Program-made: the position numbers and the translations under genes
Notes under the pieces: generated by a model
Database searches by the model: none
Told to the model about the DNA's origin: nothing
Seen by the model: only the letters and a program-made list of their open reading frames with translations
Part shown: piece by piece, positions 28,701-40,853 of the stretch
Layout of the letters: every line of letters begins with the position of its first letter
Numbering within the stretch: the first letter of the stretch is position 1
NCBI GenBank assembly: GCA_963776245.1
Contig: CAVZLN010000006.1
Span: forward strand, 576,001-640,000
Direction of reading: 5' to 3'
From: Candidatus Eiseniibacteriota bacterium
GTDB taxonomy: Bacteria > Eisenbacteria > RBG-16-71-46
Length of the DNA: 64,000 bases

Positions 28701-31700
28701 CGCTGCCGCTGGCGCTGCCGTTCCTGGCCGCGTGGCTGGCCTCGCCGCTGGTCGCGTGGTGGCTGAGCCGGCCGGTGGTCCCGCGGCGCCTGGCACTGAG
28801 TCCGGAGGACGCGGCCCAGCTGCGCCGCGTCGCGCGCTGCACCTGGCACTACTTCGAGCGGTTCGTCACCGCGCAGGATCACGGGCTCCCCCCCGACAAC
28901 GTGCAGGAGCTTCCAGAGCTGCGCGTCGCGCGCCGCACCTCGCCCACCAACATCGGCATGGGGCTGCTCTCCACGCTCGCCGCGCACGACCTCGGCTACC
29001 TCGGCACGGATCGGCTCGCGGAACGGATCGAGGACACGCTCACCACCGTCGAGGCGCTCGAGCGCCACGAAGGACACCTGCTCAACTGGTACGACACCGA
29101 GACCCTCGCCCCGCTGGTCCCGCGCTACGTCTCGACCGTGGACAGCGGCAATCTGGCCGGCTCGCTGATGGCCCTCGCGGCCGGGCTCCGCGAGCTGGCC
29201 GAGCGGGCGGAGGACGGGGATGCGGCGTGTGCGGGCGCGCTCGACACCGCCGGCGTGCTCGCCGAAGCGCTGACCGCGCTCGAGCGCCGGGCGCACGCGG
29301 CCACGCCGCTGCGCCCCTGCTGCGCCAACGCGCAGCGGGAGCTCGCCGCGCTGCGCTCCACCCTCGAGGCCGGCGAGTCGGCGAGCCCGCGACCCGCGAT
29401 CGCCGCGCGCGTCGCCGACCTGCGCGCCGCGCTCGCCCAGGTCGCGACCATGGCGCCCGCGGGCCCCGAGGCCGAGGCGGTCGCCACCTGGGGCGCCCTG
29501 CTCGAGGACGCGCTCGTCCGGTGGCCCGGGCGCGCCGCCCGGCCCGACGCGCTGCGCGGCCGGCTGCTCGACCTCGCCCGCCGCTCCGATGCGGTCGCCG
29601 ACGCCATGGACTGGAAGTTCCTCTTCGATCGCGTGCGCGGCGTGTTCTCGATCGGCTTCCGGCTCGCCGATGCCGACGGGCCCGGGCATCTCGATGCCTC
29701 GTACTACGACCTGCTGGCGTCGGAGGCCCGGCTCGCGAGCTTCATCGCCATCGCCCGCGGCGAAGTGCCGCAGGAGCACTGGTTCCGGCTCTCGCGCGCG
29801 CTGGTGAGTGTCGAAGGGTGCACCACGCTGGTGTCGTGGAGCGGCTCGATGTTCGAGTACCTGATGCCGCTGCTCATGCTGCGCAGCCATCCCGAGACTC
29901 TGCTCGAGACCACCAGCCGCGCGGTGGTGCGCGCGCAGATCCAGTACGGCCAGCGCCACCACGTGCCGTGGGGCATCTCGGAGTCCGCCTTCGACGTGAT
30001 GGACCCGCGCGGCAACTACCAGTACAAGGCGTTCGGCGTCCCCGGTCTGGGGCTCAAGCGCGGGCTGGCCGAGGACCTGGTGGTCGCCCCCTACGCCACT
30101 GCCCTGGCGGCGCTGGTGGATCCCACCGCCGCGGCCGCGAACTTCCGCCGGCTGGCCCGCGAGGGCGCCGCCGGCCGGTACGGATTCGACGAGGCGCTCG
30201 ACTACACCACCCGCAAGATCCCCGCGCCCGACGAGGCGCCAGCGCCGGTCCAGGCCCGCGTCCATCGCGTCCGGGCCTGCTTCGCGCACCATCAGGGCAT
30301 GAGCCTGATCGCGCTGACCAACGCGGTGCTCGGCGCCCCGACGGTGCGCCGCTTCCATGCGGATCCCCGCGTGCAGGCCACCGAGCCGCTGCTGCAGGAG
30401 CGGGTGCCGCGCTACGTGCCCGTCATCCGCCCCCGCCCCGCCGAGTCCACCCGCGCCGAGTCGCTGGCGCCCGCCACCTCGCCGCGGCGGTTCCGCTCAC
30501 CGCACACGCTCTACCCGAGCGCCCACTTCATGTCGAATGGCCAATACATCGCGGTCGTCACCAACGCCGGTGGCGGGACCAGCACGTGGCGCGGAAGCTC
30601 GGTCACGCGGCAGCGGGACGACCCCACCTGCGATCCGGGCAGCCAGTCCATCTACCTGCGCGACGTGCGCAGCGGGCTGCTGTGGTCGGCCGCCCACCAG
30701 CCGGTGTGCCGCGAGCCGGAGCGCTACCGCGTGACCTTCCGCGCCGACGAAGCCCTGTTCGAGCGGACCGACGACGGTATCGAGACCCGCCTCGAGATCA
30801 TGGTCTCCCCCGAGGACGACGTCGAAGTGCGCCGGGTCACGCTCGCCAATCACACCGACCAGTTGCGGGAGATCGAGGTGACCAGCCTGGTCGAGATCGT
30901 GCTCGCCCCGCACGCCGACGACCTCGCCAACCCGACCTTCCTCAAGCTGTTCCTCGAGACCGAGTACCGTCCCGAGTGCACGGCCCTGCTGTGCGGCCGC
31001 CGTCCGCGCTCGCCCGACGACCTCACGCCGTGGGCGGTGCACGTGCTGAGCGCCGAGGACGGGGTCCATGGCGCCATCGAATGGGAGACCGACCGTGCGC
31101 GGTTCCTCGGCCGAGGCCGCACCCCGGAGGCCCCGATCGCCCTCGATGGCCGGGCGCTCTCGGGCACCACGGGAGCCGTGCTCGATCCGGTCATGAGCCT
31201 GCGCCGACGCGTGCGCATCGCCCCCGGCGGCCAGGTGCGCCTCGCGTTCGCGACCGGGGTGACCACCAGCCGCGCCGCGGCGATCGCATTGGCAGAGAAG
31301 TACGACGATCCCGCATCGGCGGCCCGCACCTTCGCGCTCGCCGCCACCCAGACCCAGATGCGGCTGCGTCACCTCGGGATCTCGGCCGACGAAGCGCAGC
31401 TCTATGAGCGGCTCGCCTCGCACGTGCTGTGGACCGACGCCGCGCTGCGCGCCGCCCCCGCGTCCCTCGAGGGCAACACCCTCGGCCAGTCCGGCCTGTG
31501 GTCGCACGGGGTCTCCGGGGACCTGCCGATGCTGGTGGTGCGCGTGGTCGAGGATGACGATCTGTCGCTGGTGCGCCAGGTGCTGCGCGCGCAGGAATAC
31601 TGGCGGCTGAAGGGCCTCAGCGCCGATGTCGTCATCCTCAACGAGTATCGGGCGAGCTACCTCGACCAGATGCACGAGCAGCTCGAAGGGCTGCTCGAGA

Positions 31701-34420
31701 AGGGTCCATGGGCGGCGTGGAAGCAGCGCCCCGGGGGCGTGTTCCTGGTGCGCGGCGATGGCATGCCCGAGGCCGAGCGCAACGTGCTGCTGGCCGCGGC
31801 GCGGGCGGTGCTGAATGGCGATCTCGCCAACCAGCTGGGCCTGCCGCAGGCGGAGCCCTCGTGGCCGGCCACGATGGCGACGCCCGCACGCGCGGCGGCG
31901 CCGCACGCCGGCGGCCCCGAGCCGGAGGTCGAGATCCCGCTGCTCACCCATGCGAACGGGATCGGCGGGTTCACCGCCGACGGGCACGAGTACGCGATCG
32001 TGCTGCACGGCGACTCGGACACGCCGCAGCCGTGGGTGAACGTGATTGCGAACCCGCGCTTCGGCACCGTGGTCGGCGCCACCGGCGCGGCCTGGACCTG
32101 GTCCGGCAACAGCCGCGAGAACCGCCTCACGCCGTTCGGCAATGATCCCGTGAGCGAGTTCAGCGGCGAGGCCATCTACCTGCGCGACGAGGACCTGGCC
32201 GAGGTCTGGGGCGCCACGCCCGGCCCGCTGGCGCGGCGCCGCGACGGCGGCCGGTGGGTGACCCGCCATGGCGCCGGCATCACGCGCTACTCGCACCGCG
32301 CGCACGACGTCACCTGCGAATGCTCGGTGTTCGTCCACGCCGAGGAGCCGCTCAAGTTCACGCGGCTCTCATTCACCAATCACACGCTGCGCCGCCGCCG
32401 TCTGAGCGTGTTCGCCTACAACGAGTGGGCCCTGTGCCCGCCGCGCGCGGGCGACCAGCGCTTCGTCGTCACCGAGCAGCATCTCGAGACCGGCGCGGTG
32501 CTGGCCCGCAATCCCTACAACGCGGACTTCGCCGGCCGCGTGGCGTTCGCGCACGCCAGCCTGCCGCCGGCCTCGGCCACCGGCGACCGGCTCGAGTTCC
32601 TGGGACGCAATGGCTCGCTGCGGCGACCGGCGGCGCTCGCGCGGCAGTCGCTCGGCGGGCGGTTCGGAGCCGGCCTCGACCCGTGCGCGGCGCTCCAGCT
32701 GCGCGTGGACATCGAGCCCGGCGAGACGCAGGAGGTCGTGCTGTTGCTGGGGCAGGGCGACGATCGCGCGCACGCGCTGGCGCTGGCGGACCGCTTCGGC
32801 AGTGTCGCGGCGGCGCGCGGCGCCGAGGAGGAGGTCGAGCGGGTCTGGGACGCGATGCTCGGCACCGTGCAGGTCCACACGCCCGACGATTCATTCGACC
32901 TGCTGATGAACCGGTGGCTGCTCTACCAGAGCGTGAGTTCGCGGCTTTGGGGACGCACCGGGTTCTTCCAGCCCGGGGGAGCCTACGGTTTCCGCGACCA
33001 GCTGCAGGACGTGATGGCGCTCGGGCTCGCCCGGCCGGACCTCTACCGCGAACACCTGCTGCGTTGCGCCGGGCGGCAATTCACCGAGGGCGACGTGCAG
33101 CACTGGTGGCACGACCACACCGGCCGCGGGGTGCGCACCCGATGCTCGGACGACCTGTTGTGGCTCCCGTTCGCGGTCATCCACTACCTCGGTTGCACCG
33201 GCGACAAGGCCGTGCTCGACGCACGCGTGGAGTTCCTGCGCTCGCCGGCGCTGGCGCCCGGCGAACTCGAGAACTACGGGCGGTCCGAGCTCGCGGGCGA
33301 GTCCGGGACGCTCTACGAGCACTGCATCCGCGCGATCGAGCGCGGCCTGACGACCGGCCGTCACGGGCTCCCGCTGATCGGGAGCGGCGACTGGAACGAC
33401 GGTATGAACCGTGTCGGGCACCGCGGCCACGGCGAGAGCGTGTGGCTCGGCTGGTTCCTATCGAGGATCCTGCGCGACTTCGCCGCGATCGTGGGTGCGC
33501 GCGGCGACGCCGCGCGCGCTGCCCGCTGGCGGGGCGAACGCGAGCGCATGAACGCCATGCTGGAGCAGGCGTGGGACGGTGACTGGTACCGCCGCGCCTA
33601 TTTCGACGACGGCACGCCGCTCGGGTCGGCGCAGATCCCCGAGTGCCGGATCGACGCGATCTCGCAGAGCTGGGCCGTGCTCTCCGGCGCCGCGCCGGCG
33701 GAGCGAGCCGAGCGCGCGATGGACGCCGTTCGCATGCAGCTGGTGCGGCGCGATGCCGGCGTGATCAAGCTGCTCGCCCCGCCGTTCGACCAATCGGCGC
33801 TCGAGCCCGGCTACATCAAGGGCTACCTGCCGGGAGTGCGCGAGAACGGCGGCCAGTACACCCACGCCGCGCTGTGGACGGTGATGGCGGTCGCGCAGCT
33901 CGGCTGCGGCGACGAGGCGGTCGAGCTGTTCCACATGCTGAATCCGATCAACCACACCCGCACGCCGGCCGCGGTGGACCGCTACAAGGTCGAACCCTAC
34001 GTGGTCGCCGCCGACGTCTATACGCACCCCGCGCACATCGGCCGCGGCGGCTGGACCTGGTACACCGGGTCCGCCGCCTGGATGTATCGCCTCGGGCTCG
34101 AGTCCATCCTGGGGCTCGCGCGCCGGGGCCGGCACCTCGCGATCGCGCCGTGCATCCCCGCGTCGTGGGACGGATTCACCCTGCAGTGCCGCCAGGGCGC
34201 GAGCCTCTACGAGATCACCGTGGAGAATCCCGGGCACCGCAATCGCGGCGTCGCGCTCGCCACGCTGGACGGTGCCCCGGTGGACCCCGGCGCCATCCCG
34301 CTGCTCGAGGACGGCGAGGTGCACCGGATCCGCGTGGTGATGGGGGAACCGCCGCGGACCGCCGGGTCGCGGCCGGCGGCGATCGGAGCGCTTTCATTGG
34401 GGAATCCGCCGAAGCCGTGA
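25781..34420 (+). CDS. ndvB: Cyclic beta-1,2-glucan synthase (Cgs/NdvB/ChvB type: GT84 + cyclisation domain + GH94 phosphorylase)
   Basis: 2879 aa; [37 protein letters not shown] block, [54 protein letters not shown]. Confidence 0.93.
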   Translation: MTIAHHPQLRVTRGPPGEARLRPIGLDSSPLHGELLGVERLEERARALAAEFTLSRDPRRGPPRLLRRLSDDARVLRLAYSTLAGDVRRGEASTPAAEWLLDNFHLVEGELREIRHSLPTRFYLELPKLATRGLAGAARVYAMAVELLRYSDARLDAQRLDRFMNAYQSVAPLTIGELWAWPSMLKLALIEHLRRLSEELLEGRAGRHEADRCFAAFETSRPSGRPPPLPAVLHVAFVDQLLQRMREYGAGAAELRKRLEERLDAAGATVEDAVRAEHQRLAMNHLSMGNSITSLRLCSSLDWSEYVEGVSLIEQILRRDPPGLYAHMDFASRDRYRHAVEELAEPSGEAQVRVALRAVASARQAAETPGVDPRAAHVGYHLIGGGRRGLEGDVAHHPPLRQRLQRLIFEYATPLYLGSIALLTGLGVATAVAAARVGPVPNSMWTWVGLVALIPASEFAVALMHRVVHRLVGPVLMPRLDLRGGVPEPARTMVIVPTLISSVEGVRALVERLEVHALGNRDPHIHFALLTDFPDAATEHLAGEDEVLAAAVAGIEALNTRYAPDTADRFYLFHRARRWNAHEGVWMGWERKRGKIEEFNRLLRGATDTSFSVQLGEPGVLSRIRYCITLDSDTRLPRDAARQLIGVIEHPLNRPRFDPRLRRVVEGYGILQPRVNVTMSSAAGSLFARAYAGHTGVDPYTTAVSDTYQDLFGEGSFTGKGLYDVETFAAALEGRVAENAVLSHDLFEGLFARCALVSDVEVVDDFPSSVLAHARRQHRWVRGDWQILFGLLPVVPTRHGLERNRLPLISRWKILDNLRRSLVEPALVTMLASAWTWLPGSPLGWTVAALAVLGFPLLPPVVHFVGGPRPQQPFGVFLHDVWAELKAAGAQVLLQITLLASHAYEMLHAIVLTLVRLVITQRRLLEWETAAATAARAAGLLASQGPRVFVTEMWAGPAAALLVLLGVLPLRASALPLALPFLAAWLASPLVAWWLSRPVVPRRLALSPEDAAQLRRVARCTWHYFERFVTAQDHGLPPDNVQELPELRVARRTSPTNIGMGLLSTLAAHDLGYLGTDRLAERIEDTLTTVEALERHEGHLLNWYDTETLAPLVPRYVSTVDSGNLAGSLMALAAGLRELAERAEDGDAACAGALDTAGVLAEALTALERRAHAATPLRPCCANAQRELAALRSTLEAGESASPRPAIAARVADLRAALAQVATMAPAGPEAEAVATWGALLEDALVRWPGRAARPDALRGRLLDLARRSDAVADAMDWKFLFDRVRGVFSIGFRLADADGPGHLDASYYDLLASEARLASFIAIARGEVPQEHWFRLSRALVSVEGCTTLVSWSGSMFEYLMPLLMLRSHPETLLETTSRAVVRAQIQYGQRHHVPWGISESAFDVMDPRGNYQYKAFGVPGLGLKRGLAEDLVVAPYATALAALVDPTAAAANFRRLAREGAAGRYGFDEALDYTTRKIPAPDEAPAPVQARVHRVRACFAHHQGMSLIALTNAVLGAPTVRRFHADPRVQATEPLLQERVPRYVPVIRPRPAESTRAESLAPATSPRRFRSPHTLYPSAHFMSNGQYIAVVTNAGGGTSTWRGSSVTRQRDDPTCDPGSQSIYLRDVRSGLLWSAAHQPVCREPERYRVTFRADEALFERTDDGIETRLEIMVSPEDDVEVRRVTLANHTDQLREIEVTSLVEIVLAPHADDLANPTFLKLFLETEYRPECTALLCGRRPRSPDDLTPWAVHVLSAEDGVHGAIEWETDRARFLGRGRTPEAPIALDGRALSGTTGAVLDPVMSLRRRVRIAPGGQVRLAFATGVTTSRAAAIALAEKYDDPASAARTFALAATQTQMRLRHLGISADEAQLYERLASHVLWTDAALRAAPASLEGNTLGQSGLWSHGVSGDLPMLVVRVVEDDDLSLVRQVLRAQEYWRLKGLSADVVILNEYRASYLDQMHEQLEGLLEKGPWAAWKQRPGGVFLVRGDGMPEAERNVLLAAARAVLNGDLANQLGLPQAEPSWPATMATPARAAAPHAGGPEPEVEIPLLTHANGIGGFTADGHEYAIVLHGDSDTPQPWVNVIANPRFGTVVGATGAAWTWSGNSRENRLTPFGNDPVSEFSGEAIYLRDEDLAEVWGATPGPLARRRDGGRWVTRHGAGITRYSHRAHDVTCECSVFVHAEEPLKFTRLSFTNHTLRRRRLSVFAYNEWALCPPRAGDQRFVVTEQHLETGAVLARNPYNADFAGRVAFAHASLPPASATGDRLEFLGRNGSLRRPAALARQSLGGRFGAGLDPCAALQLRVDIEPGETQEVVLLLGQGDDRAHALALADRFGSVAAARGAEEEVERVWDAMLGTVQVHTPDDSFDLLMNRWLLYQSVSSRLWGRTGFFQPGGAYGFRDQLQDVMALGLARPDLYREHLLRCAGRQFTEGDVQHWWHDHTGRGVRTRCSDDLLWLPFAVIHYLGCTGDKAVLDARVEFLRSPALAPGELENYGRSELAGESGTLYEHCIRAIERGLTTGRHGLPLIGSGDWNDGMNRVGHRGHGESVWLGWFLSRILRDFAAIVGARGDAARAARWRGERERMNAMLEQAWDGDWYRRAYFDDGTPLGSAQIPECRIDAISQSWAVLSGAAPAERAERAMDAVRMQLVRRDAGVIKLLAPPFDQSALEPGYIKGYLPGVRENGGQYTHAALWTVMAVAQLGCGDEAVELFHMLNPINHTRTPAAVDRYKVEPYVVAADVYTHPAHIGRGGWTWYTGSAAWMYRLGLESILGLARRGRHLAIAPCIPASWDGFTLQCRQGASLYEITVENPGHRNRGVALATLDGAPVDPGAIPLLEDGEVHRIRVVMGEPPRTAGSRPAAIGALSLGNPPKP

Positions 34421-34664
34421 GTCACCCGAGGTTCACCGCGAATTGACTGTCGTTCCCGGGCAAGGTGACCGATACTACCTGCGTCTTCGGTTGTGTGTGG
34501 ATGAGTCGTCGACGTTCAGATCCGCCAGAGACTCTGCTGGCGGCTTTTTTGTTGACTGCCTTTTCTCCATCGATCGAAGCGTCGGTCACAGCGACCGGAC
34601 GCAGCTGCGGTGTGATTCCGCGGCAAGTGCGGGTCCTCGGACCCGGATACAACAGGAGTTTCAA

Positions 34665-34868
34665 GTGGCTAGTGGCACCGTGAAGTGGTTCAACGAGGCG
34701 AAGGGCTTTGGCTTCATCACCCAGGCGGATGGCGGCGAGGACGTGTTCGTCCATTTCTCGGCCATCGGTGGCGACGGCTTCAAGACGCTCGCCGAGGGTG
34801 AGGGACTCGAGTTCGATGTGACCCGCGGCCCGAAGGGGCTGCAGGCGTCGAACGTCCGCAAGGCCTAG
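34665..34868 (+). CDS. Cold-shock protein (CspA family)
   Basis: CAGGAG RBS, GTG start; [15 protein letters not shown] (RNP1) and DVFVHFSAI (RNP2). Confidence 0.97.
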   Translation: MASGTVKWFNEAKGFGFITQADGGEDVFVHFSAIGGDGFKTLAEGEGLEFDVTRGPKGLQASNVRKA

Positions 34869-34896
34869 CACGCTCGGGGTACCACCTCGCGCCAAA

Positions 34897-34934
34897 CGGG
34901 GCGGCGTCCGCAAGGACGCCGCCCCGAGCGTTTT
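34897..34934 (+). terminator. Intrinsic terminator downstream of csp (possibly bidirectional)
   Basis: CGGGGCGGCGTCC-GCAA-GGACGCCGCCCCG (13-bp stem, GNRA loop) followed by AGCGTTTT; lies between convergent genes. Confidence 0.75.
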
Positions 34935-34965
34935 CCCCCGGTTCGCTGCCGGCCGCCGGGACCGC

Positions 34966-35715
34966 CTACGGCAGTCTGACGGCGTTGGAAGCCAGCGTCA
35001 CGGCGCCGGTGCGCGCCAGCGCGCGTCCCACCAGTGTCGTGCCGGAGTTGAGCGTGATGCTCGCCTGCGCCGCGATCGTGCCCTGGAACGCCGTGCCCGT
35101 ACCCAGCGTCGCGCTGCTCCCGATCTGCCAGAACACCCGCTTCGCATCCGCGCCATTGATGAGCGTGACCGCCGAGCTTCCCGCGGTCGTGAGCGTGCTC
35201 CCGACCTGGAAGATGAACACCGAGTTGGGGTCGCCCCGCGCATCGAGCACGACCGCACCGGTCAACTGGGCCGAGCTCGCCCAGAAGTAGACGCCGGGCT
35301 GGAACGTCTTGCCGCCCAGGTCGACGCCGGTCATGGTGGCATTGCGCGCCCGGCCGGCCAGGTCGTTGTACATGGTGGTGAGATCGCCCTGAGCGGTGGC
35401 CGCGGCCGGATCGGCGGCATGGATCGACCCGCCGGTCGGCTGCCCCACCGGGAGACCCGTGATCGCCGAGCCCGGGCTGACGCCGACGCTCCCGAAGATG
35501 GTGGTGGTCGCACCGGTGTTGGTCACCGTCGATCCGCCCAGGATCACGAAGGTCGACAGCGTGCCGAGCGGTGCCGCGGGGGGGCCGGCTCCGGGGGCCG
35601 CGCCCTTGACGGCGCAGACCTTGGTCGGTGAGAAGCATCCGCACATCGCCGCGATCAGCGCGGCGACCGGCAGAACGGCGGCGAGCCGGGCATACGTTCG
35701 TTGATGAAGTCGCAT
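34966..35715 (-). CDS. DUF3494 ice-binding family lipoprotein
   Basis: Lipobox-like AAMCGC; FVILGGSTVTNTG, VGVSPGSAITG, DLGGKTFQPGVY, GDPNSVFIFQVGSTLTT, VFWQIGSSATLGT, GRALARTGAVTL. Confidence 0.92.
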   Translation of the reverse strand: MRLHQRTYARLAAVLPVAALIAAMCGCFSPTKVCAVKGAAPGAGPPAAPLGTLSTFVILGGSTVTNTGATTTIFGSVGVSPGSAITGLPVGQPTGGSIHAADPAAATAQGDLTTMYNDLAGRARNATMTGVDLGGKTFQPGVYFWASSAQLTGAVVLDARGDPNSVFIFQVGSTLTTAGSSAVTLINGADAKRVFWQIGSSATLGTGTAFQGTIAAQASITLNSGTTLVGRALARTGAVTLASNAVRLP

Positions 35716-35884
35716 GGGATCACTCCTTCTAGGTGTGAGACCCGAATCTCGATTCAGTTCGTCTCGGCCTCGACGCGGCCCCCGGCTGGGAGGCTGCCAC
35801 CGCGGCCGACTCGCGAGCGCGCCGGCGGATGGTCGCGCGGTGCGTTACGAGGGCACCACGCCCCTCCACCCGCCGGCGCCCGGC

Positions 35885-37168
35885 TCAGCGCTTGGTCTGC
35901 TCCAGTATCTCCTTGTTGAGCACCTTGAATTCGACCCGGCGATTGATCGCCATGTTCGCTTCGCTGTCGTTGGGGACGCGGGGTTCGGATTCGCCGTAGC
36001 CCTTCGACGTGATCTGCTCGGGCTTGAAGTCGGGGAAGTGCGCCAGCAGGTAGGTGCGCACCGACGCGGCGCGCCGGTCGCTGAGCCTGCGGTTGTACGC
36101 ATCGCTGCCGCGCGAGTCGGTGTGCCCGCCGATCTCGATCTGGAGCCCCGGCCACTTGGTGAGGACCTTGCCCGCGATATCGAGCGTGTTGTACGACTCG
36201 GGCCGGATGTCAGACTTGTCGAACTCGAAGTTGACGTCCGTGAGCACCAGCTTCCCGGTGTCCAGCAACTCGGTCATCCGCTGCTTGATCTCGGGCGGTT
36301 CCGCCGGAGCCGGCGGCTCCGGGGGTGCGACCACGCAGCCCACCGCGTCCACCGTGGCGCCCGCCACCGTGTTGGGGCACTGATCGAGCCCGTCGCACAC
36401 GCCGTCGCCGTCCGAGTCGATCGGGCAGCCCTGCGCGTCCACCTTGCAGCCCTTCGGGGTGTTGGGGCACTGATCGCGCCCGTCGCACACGCCATCGCCG
36501 TCCGAGTCGCTCGGGCAGCCATCCGCGTCCACGGTGCATCCGTGCGGCGTGTCGGGGCACTTGTCCCGATGGTCGGTCACGCCGTCCCCGTCGCTGTCTT
36601 CGTCACGGCCGCCGAAGGCGAACACCAGCCCGGCGCCGGCCACGATATTGTCGATGTGGGACTTCGAGTAGTTCTTCGCCGGCACGAGGAGCACATTGCG
36701 CGCCTCGAGCCTCAGCCCGATCGAGTTCGTGACCTTCACCTTCAGTCCGGCCGCGGCCTCGAAAGTGCCGTCCTTCTGGTCCGGGCTCCACGGCGGCACG
36801 AACTTGGAGACGCCCCCGCCGAGCGAGATGAACGGATTGATCGCCCGGGGCTTGGACGACACCAGCATCAGGTTGGCCGACAGGTGGGTCCAGGTCGCGT
36901 CACAGTTGCAGCCCTTGGTCCCGGTGTACCCGCCCGCGATATCGAGCCACAGCGGGGACAGCACCCGCACGCCGACCCGGCCGCCGAAGTACACGTCGTC
37001 GTTGAGTTCCAGCCCGGCCGGCGCCTTGATCTCACGGTCGAAGAAGGTCCAGCCGACGAATGGAACCAGATTGAAGCGCTTCCCCTGGAAGTCCGATGCC
37101 GCCGCGACCTGCGCGAGCAGCGACGCCGCCAGGACGGCGAAGGTGAGCCACGTTCGTGCACGCATCAT
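35885..37168 (-). CDS. OmpA family protein (beta-barrel, thrombospondin type-3 repeats, peptidoglycan-binding domain)
   Basis: GGAGG RBS, signal peptide, three DSDGDGV.D..D.CP.T repeats, VNFEFDKS, GHTDSRG, LSDRRA, NRRVEF. Confidence 0.93.
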   Translation of the reverse strand: MMRARTWLTFAVLAASLLAQVAAASDFQGKRFNLVPFVGWTFFDREIKAPAGLELNDDVYFGGRVGVRVLSPLWLDIAGGYTGTKGCNCDATWTHLSANLMLVSSKPRAINPFISLGGGVSKFVPPWSPDQKDGTFEAAAGLKVKVTNSIGLRLEARNVLLVPAKNYSKSHIDNIVAGAGLVFAFGGRDEDSDGDGVTDHRDKCPDTPHGCTVDADGCPSDSDGDGVCDGRDQCPNTPKGCKVDAQGCPIDSDGDGVCDGLDQCPNTVAGATVDAVGCVVAPPEPPAPAEPPEIKQRMTELLDTGKLVLTDVNFEFDKSDIRPESYNTLDIAGKVLTKWPGLQIEIGGHTDSRGSDAYNRRLSDRRAASVRTYLLAHFPDFKPEQITSKGYGESEPRVPNDSEANMAINRRVEFKVLNKEILEQTKR

Positions 37169-37250
37169 GTTTCTGCCTCCGATTCGTGTGGGGGTGTTGG
37201 GCTCGCCGGGGGGCGAGGATCCGGGCCGGGCCCCGGCTGCGCGAGGGCCG

Positions 37251-37466
37251 CTAGACAAGGCGCTTCCGCGGGACCACCAGCAGCAGCACGCCGCCCAGCA
37301 GCGCGATCCCTCCGACGATGGGTGAGAGCGGGATGTTCTTCTGTTCGGTGGCAGTGGCCTTGAACGGCCCGACGTCGATGATGGTCCGCTGCCGGTTGTA
37401 GCTGACCCCGCCATAGACCAGCGCGAGGACGCCCAGCACCACCAGGACGAAACCGATGATCTTCAT
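37251..37466 (-). CDS. Small two-TM membrane protein (DUF3185-like)
   Basis: 71 aa, MKIIGFVLVVLGVLALVYGG...IPLSPIVGGIALLGGVLLL. Confidence 0.75.
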   Translation of the reverse strand: MKIIGFVLVVLGVLALVYGGVSYNRQRTIIDVGPFKATATEQKNIPLSPIVGGIALLGGVLLLVVPRKRLV

Positions 37467-37497
37467 GAGTGGCGATCCGATCTGGCCGCGGCGCCGC

Positions 37498-37647
37498 TCA
37501 CAGCGCGCGCCGGCCTTGGATGACCCGCAGCAATACGGCGATGATCGCGATGATCAGCAGCACGTGGATGAAGCCGCCCAGCGTGTAGGAAGTCACCAGG
37601 CCGAGCAGCCAGAGCGCGACCAACACGACGGCGATGGTCCAGAGCAT
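37498..37647 (-). CDS. lmo0937 family small membrane protein
   Basis: Translated by hand (below ORF track cutoff): MLWTIAVVLVALWLLGLVTSYTLGGFIHVLLIIAIIAVLLRVIQGRRAL; purine-rich RBS. Confidence 0.9.
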   Translation of the reverse strand: MLWTIAVVLVALWLLGLVTSYTLGGFIHVLLIIAIIAVLLRVIQGRRAL

Positions 37648-37763
37648 CTTTCCTTCCCCCTGTCAGGTCGGCGCGCCGGTGGGCGACGGAGCGCGCGGGG
37701 TGTCCGCGCCCGGCGTCGCACGCGTTTCCGGGCGTCCCCGGGAACCGGCGCCACCGTGCAAGG

Positions 37764-37778
37764 GCATCTCCTGTGCCA
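37764..37778 (-). promoter_or_regulatory. Putative sigma54 (-24/-12) promoter
   Basis: Minus strand TGGCAC-AGGAG-ATGC, exact GG-N10-GC spacing, about 117 bp upstream of the lmo0937-like gene. Confidence 0.55.
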
Positions 37779-37926
37779 CCCGGCCGCAGGGCGTAAGCGG
37801 CTGGTAATGCTGGCCCCGCGCGGGGGCCGGGCCCGCGCGGGAGCCCCGCGTGTAACTCTGGCGGGTCGCTATCTACAATCGCGCGACGCGGCGGGAGGTC
37901 GTCGCGGGGAGGTGCCGCGGGCGGCT

Positions 37927-37971
37927 TTGACGCGGATCTGAGCCTGTTCTACATTTCGCCATGTGACGAAA
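37927..37971 (+). promoter_or_regulatory. sigma70 promoter with overlapping ArsR operator
   Basis: TTGACG (37927)-N17-TACATT (37950), overlapped by imperfect palindrome TTTCGcCAtgTGaCGAAA (37954-37971) just upstream of arsR. Confidence 0.7.
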
Positions 37972-37992
37972 CGACGGAATGAGCCCCAGCCC

Positions 37993-38387
37993 ATGCGCGA
38001 GCTCGAACTCGTCCTCAAGGCCGCCGGCGATCCCACGCGCACACGCATCCTCAAGCTGCTCGAGGATGGCGGGCTGTGCGTCTGCCAGGTCCAGGCGGTG
38101 CTGCGCCTCGCACCTTCGACGGTGTCCAAGCACCTGGCGATCCTCAGGGCCGCCGGGCTCGTCGAGGACCGGCGCGATGGCAAGTGGATCGAGTACGCCC
38201 TCGCCGCGGGGGAGCGCAATCCGTACATCGCGCCGATGCTGGCGATGCTGGGCGGCCCACTCGACCGCCACCCGGTGGTCGTCGCCGACCGTCGGCGGAT
38301 GCGCGAGGTGAAGTCCGTTCCGCGGGCGGAGCTCTGCAGCGTCATGCCCAATCGTTCCTCTGCGCCCACGACACGAAGGGGGCCGAG

Positions 38388-38391
<4 letters not shown>
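37993..38391 (+). CDS. arsR: ArsR/SmtB family repressor
   Basis: KAAGDPTRTRIL, LCVCQV As(III)-binding motif, STVSKHLAILRAAGLV..RRDGKWIEY. Confidence 0.92.
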
Positions 38392-39466
<1,075 letters not shown>

Positions 39467-39470
<4 letters not shown>

Positions 39471-40565
39471 GCAGCGCACCCGATCCGCGCGTCCTGCGCG
39501 CGACGCCCGATCGGACATCAGGCGCGGGCCTTTCCCATCCGCCGGGGCCGGCAAGATGGAGCAGCCTGTGGCTGGGACTCGCCCTCGTCGGCTGGATCGG
39601 CCTCTATGCGGTCTTGCCCGAGTTGTCTCGGTGGTTCGCCTATCGGTTGCTGCCGCTGGCTCCCGGCTCGGCCCTCGCGAGCGCCGCCGCGTTCTTCGTC
39701 TTCGAGGCACCGAAAGTGCTCATGCTGCTCATGCTGGTCGTCTTCGGCGTCGGTGTGGTGCGCTCGTTCTTCACGCCCGAGCGCACCCGCGCGGTCCTCG
39801 CAGGCAAGCCTGAGTCCATCGGCAATGTGCTGGCCGCGGCACTCGGGATCGTCACGCCGTTCTGCTCGTGCTCGGCGGTGCCGCTGTTCATCGGCTTCTT
39901 GACCGCCGGCATCCCGCTGGGGGTCACGCTCTCATTCCTGATCTCGGCGCCGATGGTGAACGAGGTGGCACTCGCCCTGCTCTTCGGCCTGTTCGGCTGG
40001 AAGGTCGCGGCGCTTTACCTCGGCACCGGGCTGCTGGTCGCGATCGTCGCCGGCTGGGTGATCGGCCGGCTCAGGCTCGAGCGCCACGTCGAGCCGTGGG
40101 TCTACACGATGTCGACGGGTGTGCAGGGCCCGGCAGGCGTGGCGCTGACATGGGACGACCGCATCCGTCAGGGCCTCGATTCGGTGAGGGACATCGTCGG
40201 CAAGGTGTGGCCCTACGTCCTGGTAGGCATCGCGGTGGGCGCGGGCATCCACGGTTGGGTGCCCGAGAACTTCATGGCGGCGATCATGGGCAAGGGCGCG
40301 TGGTGGTCGGTGCCGCTGGCGGTGCTGATCGGCGTGCCCATGTACTCGAACGCGGCCGGGATCATCCCGGTGGTCCTCGCGCTCCTCGAGAAGGGCGCGG
40401 CACTGGGCACCGTGCTCGCGTTCATGATGGCGGTGATCGCGCTCTCGCTGCCGGAGATTGATCATCCTGCGCAAGGTGCTGCGACCCGTGTTGATCGGGA
40501 CGTTCATCGGTGTGGTGGCGATGGGCATCGTGATCGTCGGCTACCTGTTCAACTGGCTGATCTGA
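39467..40565 (+). CDS. DUF318 permease (ArsP-like), +1 frameshift near 40458
   Basis: TPFCSCSAVPLF, SAPMVNE, GVPMYSN, GTVLAFMM..ALSLPE. Removing one T in GAGATTGATC restores MIILRKVL...GYLFNWLI followed by a stop. Confidence 0.85.
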
Positions 40566-40619
40566 GGGCGTGGATCGCACGCCGTGGTCCGTGAATGCAT
40601 GCACGGGGGAGGTGACACC

Positions 40620-40853
40620 ATGACTCGCATCGAGGTCCTCGGGCCCGGTTGCGCTAAGTGCAAGGTGCTCTACGAGCATGCCGAGACGGCGGCCAAAGAG
40701 CTCGGCATCGAATACGAGATCCGGAAGGTCACCGACATCAGCGCCATCATCGGCTACGGCGTCATGGCCACCCCGGCGTTGGTCGTCGACGGCGAGGTCA
40801 GGGTCGCGGGGCGCGTGCCATCGGCGGAACAACTGAAAGCATTGTTGTCATGA
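40620..40853 (+). CDS. Small thioredoxin-like redox protein (MTH895/ArsE-like)
   Basis: GGAGGT RBS; IEVLGPGCAKC...YGVMATPALVVDG. Confidence 0.9.
   Translation: MTRIEVLGPGCAKCKVLYEHAETAAKELGIEYEIRKVTDISAIIGYGVMATPALVVDGEVRVAGRVPSAEQLKALLS

Noticed and set aside
25709..31407. Very long alternative ORFs (25709..30358 minus, 1549 aa; 27112..31407 plus, 1431 aa)
   Set aside because: Shadow frames of the glucan synthase. High GC suppresses stops, and the translations are Arg/Ala/Gly-rich with no motifs.
36340..36600. 90-bp-period direct repeats resembling a CRISPR or tandem array
   Set aside because: They encode the thrombospondin type-3 repeats of OmpA; no unique spacers and no cas genes.
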